Shown: positions 18,598 to 24,533 of the stretch, piece after piece
Position numbering within the stretch: position 1 is the stretch's first letter
How the letters are laid out: each line of letters begins with the position of its first letter
Assembly: GCA_016210935.1 (NCBI GenBank)
Contig: JACQTH010000583.1
Span: 1 to 24,533 of the forward strand
Origin: Acidobacteriota bacterium
GTDB taxonomy: Bacteria; Acidobacteriota; Vicinamibacteria; Vicinamibacterales; JACQTH01
Length of the DNA: 24,533 bases
Direction: 5' to 3'
Notes under the pieces: model-generated
Told to the model about the DNA's origin: nothing
Databases searched by the model: none
The model's input: only the letters and a program-made list of their open reading frames with translations
Program-made: the position numbers and the translations under genes

Positions 18598-21519
18598 TTA
18601 AGGGTATTGCGTCGGCGGGCAGGCGCAGAAGAGATTGCGATCACCGTACGGATTGTCGATCCGCCCGACACTCGGCCAGAACTTCTTCGCCTTGACGAAC
18701 GGCAGCGGATAGACCGCGCGCTCGCGCGAGTACGGGTGCGTCCAGACATCGGCCGTCGCTTCCTCGGCCGTGTGGGGCGCGTTCCGAAGCACGTTGTCTC
18801 GCGGGTGGGCCTTGCCGTCGATGACGTCCTGAATCTCCTGGCGAATGGAAATCATCGCGTCGCAGAATCGATCGAGCTCGTCTTGCGATTCGCTCTCGGT
18901 CGGCTCGACCATGAGCGTGCCAGCAACCGGAAACGAGACAGTCGGCGCATGGAACCCGTAGTCCATGAGCCGCTTTGCGACGTCCTGCTCGTCGATCCCG
19001 GCCGCCTCCTTGAAGCCACGCAGGTCGAAGATCAGCTCGTGCGCGACGCGACCGCCCGCGCCGGCAAACAAGACCGGATAGTGCCGTTCGAGCCGGGCCT
19101 TCATGTAATTCGCGTTGAGAATCGCGTAGCGCGTGGCGTCCGTACAGCCCGAGCCGCCGAGCAGACGGATGTACGCGTACGAGATCACGAGGATGCTCGC
19201 GCTTCCCCACGGTGCCGCGGCTACAGGCGGAATCGCCCGGTCACCCGGGCCGGCCAGCGGATGGCCGGGCAGATACGGCGCGAGATGGCGCGCCACGGCA
19301 ATGGGGCCCATGCCGGGACCGCCGCCGCCGTGTGGAATGCTGAACGTCTTGTGCAGGTTGAGGTGACAGACGTCGGCGCCGATGGCGGCGGGGCTGGTCA
19401 ACCCGACCTGCGCGTTCAGATTGGCGCCATCCATGTACACCTGACCGCCGTGCTCGTGCACGATGGCGCACATCTCACGAATCCCGGCTTCGTAGACCCC
19501 ATGGGTCGACGGATACGTAATCATCAGAGCGGCGAGCCGGTCGCGATGCGCCGCCGCCTTCTCCCGCAGATCGTTCAGGTCAACGTCTCCACCTGCATCA
19601 CACAGGACGACGACGACCTGCATCCCGGCCATCACGGCGCTGGCTGGATTGGTGCCGTGAGCCGATGAGGGGATGAGGACGACCGTTCGCTGCGGCTGGC
19701 CCCGGCCGTGGTGATAGCCGCGAATGGCGAGCAGGCCGGCCAACTCTCCCTGCGCGCCGGAGTTCGGCTGCAGCGAGACGGCGGCGAGTCCGGTGATGGC
19801 CGTCAGCGCCGCTTCGAGCTCGCGAAAGATCTGCCGATAGCCCTGTGCCTGCTCGGCCGGTGCGAACGGATGGATCCGCGAAAACTCCGGCCAGGTGACC
19901 GGCATCATTTCGGTCGCGGCATTCAGCTTCATGGTGCAGGAGCCCAGGGGGATCATCGATGTATCGAGGCCGATGTCCTTGCGCTCCAGGCCGCGGATGT
20001 ACCGCATCATCTCTGTTTCGGAATGATGCGAGTTGAAGACCGGGTGCGTCAGAAACGCCGAAGCTCGTTCCAGCTCGGGTGGATACGGTTCCGGCTCGAT
20101 CGTTTCGTCCAGCTCCGCCAACGCCGACGGACGCTCCTTTGCGGCGGCGAAGATCGACGCGATGGCCGCGAGATCCGCGGTGGTCGTCGTCTCGTCGACA
20201 GACATACCGATCGAGCCGTCCCGAAAATATCGGAAATTCAGGCCTGCCTGCGCGGCGCCGCGGCGGATGCGATCGGTCTGCAGGCCGGTTGAATCACCCG
20301 GGTCGATTTTCAGCGTATCGAAATACTGATCGTTGAGTTGCGCATAGCCGAGGCGGCGCAGCGTCTGATGCAGAAGCGACGCCAGTGCGTGCACGCGCCG
20401 CGCGATGCTGGTCAGGCCGTTCGGACCATGGTAGACGGCGTACATCGCCGCCATGTTGGCGAGAAGCGCCTGCGCGGTGCAGATATTCGACGTCGCGCGC
20501 TCGCGGCGAATGTGCTGCTCCCGCGTCTGGATAGCCATCCGGTAGGCTGTCCGGCCATGGGCGTCCACTGAGACCCCGATAATGCGTCCGGGCGCCTGGC
20601 GAATGAACCTCTCCCGCGTGGCAAAGAACGCGGCATGGGGCCCGCCGTACCCCAGCGGCACCCCAAAGCGCTGCGAGTTTCCGACGACGATATCGGCGCC
20701 CATTTCGCCCGGTGGCCTCAGGAGCGTCAACGCCAGCAGGTCCGAGGCCACCACAACGAGCAGTCCGGCACGGTGCGCCGCGTCGATGATCGGGCTCAGA
20801 TCGGTCACCGCCCCGTCGTCGTCGGGATACTGCAGCAGCACGCCGAAGGCCTTGGTGTCGCGTTCCAGCGCCCCGGCTGAAATGTCGCGGACGTCGAGGT
20901 CGATCCCGATGGGCTCCGCGCGATTGCGAACAACCGCGATGGCTTGAGGAAAACAGCGCGTCGAGACCAGAAACTGCCGGCGGCCTTCCGCGCCTTCCCT
21001 CGCCTGCACGCGCCAGGCCATCGACATGGCCTCTGCAGCGGCGGTGGCTTCGTCGAGCAGCGAGGCGTTCGCGATTTCCATTCCCGTCAGGTCCCGCACC
21101 ATCGTCTGGAAATTCAGCAGCGACTCGAGACGCCCCTGTGCCACTTCCGCCTGATACGGGGTGTACGGCGTGTACCAGCCGGGGTTCTCGAGCACCATTC
21201 GCCGGATCACGCCCGGCACGATGCAGTCGTAGTACCCCATTCCGATGTACGAACGACAGACGCGGTTCTGCTGCGCGATCTCGCGAAGGCGCCCGAGAAA
21301 CGCGTGCTCGGGCTCGGGCTCCGGCAACGCGAGCGGCTGCGACGACCGGATCCCCGGTGGAATCGTCTGATCGATCAGCTCTTCGAGCGACGACACGCCG
21401 ATTGCGCGCAGCATGGCATCGCGATCCGCCGGCCGCGGCCCGATGTGTCGTTGAGGAAAGTGATCCTGATCGGCGCCGAGAGTTGTCCGATCGGAGACGC
21501 TTCGCGGTTGAACGGTCAT
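18598..21519 (-). CDS. gcvP: Glycine dehydrogenase, glycine cleavage P protein (single chain)
   Basis: [55 protein letters not shown] lysine [25 protein letters not shown]. True start ATG 21519; the track's 1210-aa ORF is an over-extension. Confidence 0.97.
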   Translation of the reverse strand: MTVQPRSVSDRTTLGADQDHFPQRHIGPRPADRDAMLRAIGVSSLEELIDQTIPPGIRSSQPLALPEPEPEHAFLGRLREIAQQNRVCRSYIGMGYYDCIVPGVIRRMVLENPGWYTPYTPYQAEVAQGRLESLLNFQTMVRDLTGMEIANASLLDEATAAAEAMSMAWRVQAREGAEGRRQFLVSTRCFPQAIAVVRNRAEPIGIDLDVRDISAGALERDTKAFGVLLQYPDDDGAVTDLSPIIDAAHRAGLLVVVASDLLALTLLRPPGEMGADIVVGNSQRFGVPLGYGGPHAAFFATRERFIRQAPGRIIGVSVDAHGRTAYRMAIQTREQHIRRERATSNICTAQALLANMAAMYAVYHGPNGLTSIARRVHALASLLHQTLRRLGYAQLNDQYFDTLKIDPGDSTGLQTDRIRRGAAQAGLNFRYFRDGSIGMSVDETTTTADLAAIASIFAAAKERPSALAELDETIEPEPYPPELERASAFLTHPVFNSHHSETEMMRYIRGLERKDIGLDTSMIPLGSCTMKLNAATEMMPVTWPEFSRIHPFAPAEQAQGYRQIFRELEAALTAITGLAAVSLQPNSGAQGELAGLLAIRGYHHGRGQPQRTVVLIPSSAHGTNPASAVMAGMQVVVVLCDAGGDVDLNDLREKAAAHRDRLAALMITYPSTHGVYEAGIREMCAIVHEHGGQVYMDGANLNAQVGLTSPAAIGADVCHLNLHKTFSIPHGGGGPGMGPIAVARHLAPYLPGHPLAGPGDRAIPPVAAAPWGSASILVISYAYIRLLGGSGCTDATRYAILNANYMKARLERHYPVLFAGAGGRVAHELIFDLRGFKEAAGIDEQDVAKRLMDYGFHAPTVSFPVAGTLMVEPTESESQDELDRFCDAMISIRQEIQDVIDGKAHPRDNVLRNAPHTAEEATADVWTHPYSRERAVYPLPFVKAKKFWPSVGRIDNPYGDRNLFCACPPTQYP

Positions 21520-21527
21520 CCCGATGG

Positions 21528-21899
21528 TCACTTGATGAGTTGCGAGTATTCCTCGACGGTCAGCAGTCGGTTCGTGTCGGCAGGGTTCGACAGGCGGAGC
21601 ACGATCATCCAGCTCTTGAACGCGTCCGCGTTGACCTGCTCGGGCCGCTCGACGAGCGCCGTGTTGACTTCGATCACTTCCCCGCTCATCGGGCAATACA
21701 GTTCCGACACCGCCTTCACGGATTCGATGGTGCCGAAGACCTGGCCCTTCTCGAACGTCTTGCCAATCGCCGGCAGCTCGAGATAGACGACGTCGCCGAG
21801 CTGCTTCTGCGCGTAATCGGTGATGCCGACGCGCCCGCGACCGTCCTCGATGGCGATCCACTCGTGGTCCTTGGTGTACCGGTAGTCGTTCGGATCCAT
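21528..21899 (-). CDS. gcvH: Glycine cleavage H protein
   Basis: [27 protein letters not shown], lipoyl lysine [14 protein letters not shown] 21899, or GTG 21902. Confidence 0.97.
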   Translation of the reverse strand: MDPNDYRYTKDHEWIAIEDGRGRVGITDYAQKQLGDVVYLELPAIGKTFEKGQVFGTIESVKAVSELYCPMSGEVIEVNTALVERPEQVNADAFKSWMIVLRLSNPADTNRLLTVEEYSQLIK

Positions 21900-21902
21900 C
21901 AC

Positions 21903-23021
21903 TCACCTTTTGGAACGCTTGTAGAACGGAAGCGGGACCACCTGCGCGCGCGCGAGGCGTCCGCGGACGCCGATGTCGAGCAGCGTGCCCACCGGCGTCC
22001 GGTCGGCGCGCACGTACGCCAGTGCAATGGCCTTTTTCAAGAACGGCGTCTGCGTGCCGCTCGTCACAACGCCGACCGGTTCGCCGCCGTCCATGACGTC
22101 GTAGCCATGACGAGCGATGGCGCGATCGAGCATCTCCAATCCGACCAGTTTCCGTCCGACGCCTCGGGCCTTCTGCGCCGCCAACGCTTCCCTGCCGGTG
22201 AACGCCGGCTTCTGCCACCCGATGATCCACTCCAGGTCTGCTTCGAGGATCGTGGTCGTTTCATCGATGTCGTTTCCGTACAGGCGCATCGCCGCCTCGA
22301 GGCGCAGCGTATCGCGCGCCCCCAGGCCGACCGGCACCAGCCCTGACGGGTGTCCCGCCTCGAGAATGGCGCTCCACAGGCGGTCGGCCGCCTGCGGCGG
22401 CACGAAGATCTCGAATCCGTCCTCACCCGTATATCCCGTTCGCGACACCATGGCGCGAATGCCCGCCACCTCGCCGTGCGCGAACCAGTAATACCGGAGC
22501 GTCGAGAGATCGATCCCGGTGAGTGATTGGAGGATCGGCTGCGCCTGTGGACCTTGAATGGCGAGGAGGGCGTATCGCGCGCTGCTGTTGATGGCGGCGA
22601 CGTCGCCGAACGGCGTGACCTGCTCGGCGATCCACGCGTAATCTTTTTCGATGTTCCCCGCGTTCACCACGCACAAAAAGTGCGCCGGCCCCATCCGGTA
22701 CACGAGCAGGTCGTCGACGAAACAGCCCGTCGGCGTCGTGAGGGCCGAGTACTGCGCCTGCCCGATCTTCAGCCTGGATGCGTCGTTCGACCAGATCTGC
22801 TGGACCGCGTCGAGCGCCCGATCGCCCGCAATCTCGATCTGCCCCATGTGGCTGACATCGAAGAGACCGGCGCGCGTCCGAACCGCCAGGTGCTCGTCGA
22901 CGATTCCGGTGTATTCGACGGGCATCTCCCAGCCGCCGAAGGGAACCATGCGAGCGCCGTGGGCCAGATGACGGGCGTGGAGGGGCGTGCGTTTGAGCTC
23001 GCTGACGGCCGTCTGCTCCAT
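21903..23021 (-). CDS. gcvT: Glycine cleavage T protein (aminomethyltransferase)
   Basis: [49 protein letters not shown]. Confidence 0.97.
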   Translation of the reverse strand: MEQTAVSELKRTPLHARHLAHGARMVPFGGWEMPVEYTGIVDEHLAVRTRAGLFDVSHMGQIEIAGDRALDAVQQIWSNDASRLKIGQAQYSALTTPTGCFVDDLLVYRMGPAHFLCVVNAGNIEKDYAWIAEQVTPFGDVAAINSSARYALLAIQGPQAQPILQSLTGIDLSTLRYYWFAHGEVAGIRAMVSRTGYTGEDGFEIFVPPQAADRLWSAILEAGHPSGLVPVGLGARDTLRLEAAMRLYGNDIDETTTILEADLEWIIGWQKPAFTGREALAAQKARGVGRKLVGLEMLDRAIARHGYDVMDGGEPVGVVTSGTQTPFLKKAIALAYVRADRTPVGTLLDIGVRGRLARAQVVPLPFYKRSKR

Positions 23022-23082
23022 GAAGGGTCTGCGTGATCAAACACGAAGATCTCGTGTTCACGACGAGGGCCGGAACCGTGTA

Positions 23083-23112
23083 ACCGTACTATGCGGCTGT
23101 CTGGAGGGTCAA
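23083..23112 (-). promoter_or_regulatory. Putative sigma70-type promoter of the gcvTHP operon
   Basis: Minus strand TTGACC-N18-TACGGT. Confidence 0.35.
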
Positions 23113-23144
23113 GGAAGGCCTGGAGCAGGCAGTGGGACACTGTC

Positions 23145-23190
23145 AAAAAAGATCCGGGCCCGGCGCGCGTTGGCACGACGGGCCCGTCGT
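23145..23190 (-). terminator. Possible intrinsic terminator after the 60-aa membrane protein gene
   Basis: GC-rich palindromes (CGGGCCC...GGGCCCG; perfect 16-mer ACGACGGGCCCGTCGT at 23175-23190) followed on minus by TTTTTT. Stem geometry is not canonical. Confidence 0.35.
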
Positions 23191-23212
23191 CTGGACGAGC
23201 CAACCCGGGAAT

Positions 23213-23395
23213 CTACCGGTTACGCCGACGCCACAGCACGTGACCCAGCGGAACGATCACGATGATGCCAATCCAGACCAGGATCGCGGTCACCGGACCG
23301 CGGAAGGCGTCCGGGGCAAACGGGATCGTCATCGACACGATCACCACACCGACGAACGCGCCAATCAAGGCGTCGGCCAGTAGACTCTTCAGCAT
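23213..23395 (-). CDS. Small 60-aa membrane protein, two TM helices and a basic C-terminal tail
   Basis: SD GGAGAA 5 nt before ATG; ALIGAFVGVVIVSMTIPF and VTAILVWIGIIVIVPLGHVLW followed by RRRNR. Confidence 0.7.
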   Translation of the reverse strand: MLKSLLADALIGAFVGVVIVSMTIPFAPDAFRGPVTAILVWIGIIVIVPLGHVLWRRRNR

Positions 23396-23416
23396 GAGCG
23401 TTCTCCGTCGGTGCCC

Positions 23417-24169
23417 TCACCTGAGAGGAAGCGCACTGCAGGCCAGAAACGAAAACCAGGCCGAGTCGACCCACAGGAAGAACCGAAAGTTGCAGAGCTG
23501 CCACAGGACCCCTCGAATCCCCGTCAGCTCGTTGTGGCAGTTCCATAACTCGTCGTACGCGCGCATGACTTCGGCTTCCCAAGTCGAGTAGCAACTCTGG
23601 CCGAACTTCACACTGCTAATCGTCGGGGACGGCGGGCCGACCAACACCTTGCGAAATCTGTTGATGGTTGACTCGTCGCCCGCGAGCGAGCGCAGCAGCG
23701 CGTCCGTGATCATCAATTGCGTGTGCAGCGTCCTCTGTGGCACGCGGTCCAGCTCTCGCAGGACAGCGGTGTGAAACGCGCGTGCCACAGCCGAATCGTC
23801 AATGAGACGTTTCAGGGCGCCGATGGACGTGTGCGTGGCCTCAGCCATGGTGATTGTGACCGATCGGCCCCTGGCCGCGACGGTGATCGTCTTCGGATCG
23901 ACATCCACCTTGATGGCGTCCGAGCCATCGGTGATTCTGATCATGGTCGCGCCAGCGCTCTTCGTGTGTTTCGTGACTCGAAGCCGGTCCACACCCGCTT
24001 CGAACACGTACCCTCCATCCGCCACCGGCCGGAGCGCCATCGTCCAGTCCGGTGCCTTCGTTCGCGCCTTCGACTTTTGAGTCGCCCCTGTGTCACTCTG
24101 CACTCCCAGGAACACCACGACCGCCCCCAGCGCCAATCGCGGGAGCCTACCGCAGAAGAAGCGTGACAT
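23417..24169 (-). CDS. Uncharacterised exported protein (250 aa) with C-terminal C-x17-C-x14-C-x17-C domain
   Basis: Strong SD GAGGAGGAGG before ATG 24169; N-terminal basic plus hydrophobic segment (RLPRLALGAVVVFLGV); beta-rich then helical middle; aromatic four-Cys tail. The track's extension to 24364 runs into repeat DNA. Confidence 0.75.
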   Translation of the reverse strand: MSRFFCGRLPRLALGAVVVFLGVQSDTGATQKSKARTKAPDWTMALRPVADGGYVFEAGVDRLRVTKHTKSAGATMIRITDGSDAIKVDVDPKTITVAARGRSVTITMAEATHTSIGALKRLIDDSAVARAFHTAVLRELDRVPQRTLHTQLMITDALLRSLAGDESTINRFRKVLVGPPSPTISSVKFGQSCYSTWEAEVMRAYDELWNCHNELTGIRGVLWQLCNFRFFLWVDSAWFSFLACSALPLR

Positions 24170-24332
24170 ACGCCTCCTCCTCTTCCTTGCAAGCGGACGT
24201 TTGGCGTCCGCCGTGGGCACGCGCGCGACCTCGCAGGATTCCCTGCCCCGCCTCGTGCCCCTGACCTGCCGGTGGCGCCCGGCATTGCGCGGACCTCCTC
24301 CCGCGCGGAGTCCGACCTCATTCCTTTGTGTG

Positions 24333-24509
24333 CGCGTGGGGCCCCACCCCCACGCGTCTACCACCGCTCGCTCGATCGCTCGCGGCGCTCATTCGAAATA
24401 ACGATCCGCTTGGTGGAGCAGCTCCGAGTCGCAGTCCCCACCGCCTCCCACGGCTCGCTTGCGCTCGCCGCGATGAATTGACAGAACGATCCGCTTAGTG
24501 GATCACTCC
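24333..24509. repeat. Degenerate tandem repeat (78 and 74 nt units) preceded by a GC hairpin
   Basis: Units 24348-24425 and 24436-24509 align (CCCCAC...CCAC.GCTCGCT...CGCTCGC.GCG...AACGATCCGCTT.GTGGA.CA.CTCC). Hairpin CGCGTGGGG/CCCCACGCG at 24333-24356. Confidence 0.65.
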
Positions 24510-24533
24510 AGTGCCCAGGCACCCCGCCAAAGC

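Noticed and set aside
21520-22230. 237-codon N-terminal extension making a 1210-aa GcvP ORF
   Set aside because: It is an alternative frame over gcvH and the end of gcvT with Arg/Gly-rich shadow composition. GcvP similarity begins only after ATG 21519.
23405-23430. CTCTCAGGT on the minus strand upstream of gcvT, resembling the glycine riboswitch core
   Set aside because: It is the last codons and stop of the 250-aa gene (LPLR-stop). The other aptamer elements (GGAGA...CCGAAG) are absent, and a separate gene lies between it and gcvT. No glycine riboswitch is visible in 23022-23212 either.
23941-24285. ATG with a strong SD (GGGAGGAGG) opening a 114-codon ORF that overlaps the 250-aa gene
   Set aside because: Low-complexity Arg/Gly product overlapping a better gene out of frame. 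It could be a regulatory upstream ORF, but nothing in the sequence supports that.
24333-24533. Possible CRISPR array
   Set aside because: Only two units, homologous along their whole length with no unique spacers, and no cas genes in the window.

Overview
High-GC bacterial chromosomal window (roughly two-thirds G+C, estimated by eye). Gene content and style suggest Acidobacteriota, possibly Vicinamibacteria; this is inference, not a database result. Minus strand at left: a type IV pilus / type II secretion-like cluster (pilC, pilB, truncated pilM-like gene) preceded by an uncharacterised two-domain lipoprotein. Divergently on plus: an isolated two-gene bacterial microcompartment (BMC) module (BMC-H shell protein plus acylating aldehyde dehydrogenase with a long C-terminal extension), then an MltD-like LysM lytic transglycosylase, comM/yifB, an M23 peptidase, secA and guaB. 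Converging on minus: gcvT-gcvH-gcvP-nnr-tsaE, preceded by an orphan pair (a secreted protein ending in a symmetric four-cysteine domain, and a 60-aa two-helix membrane protein). Intergenic DNA carries at least three short palindromic repeat families: GTRG-type REP-like hairpins, a 43-nt CTAG-bounded element present twice in inverted orientation around comM, and a degenerate tandem repeat at the right edge. No rRNA, tRNA, CRISPR array or transposase was seen. Most other ORFs in the track are high-GC shadow frames.
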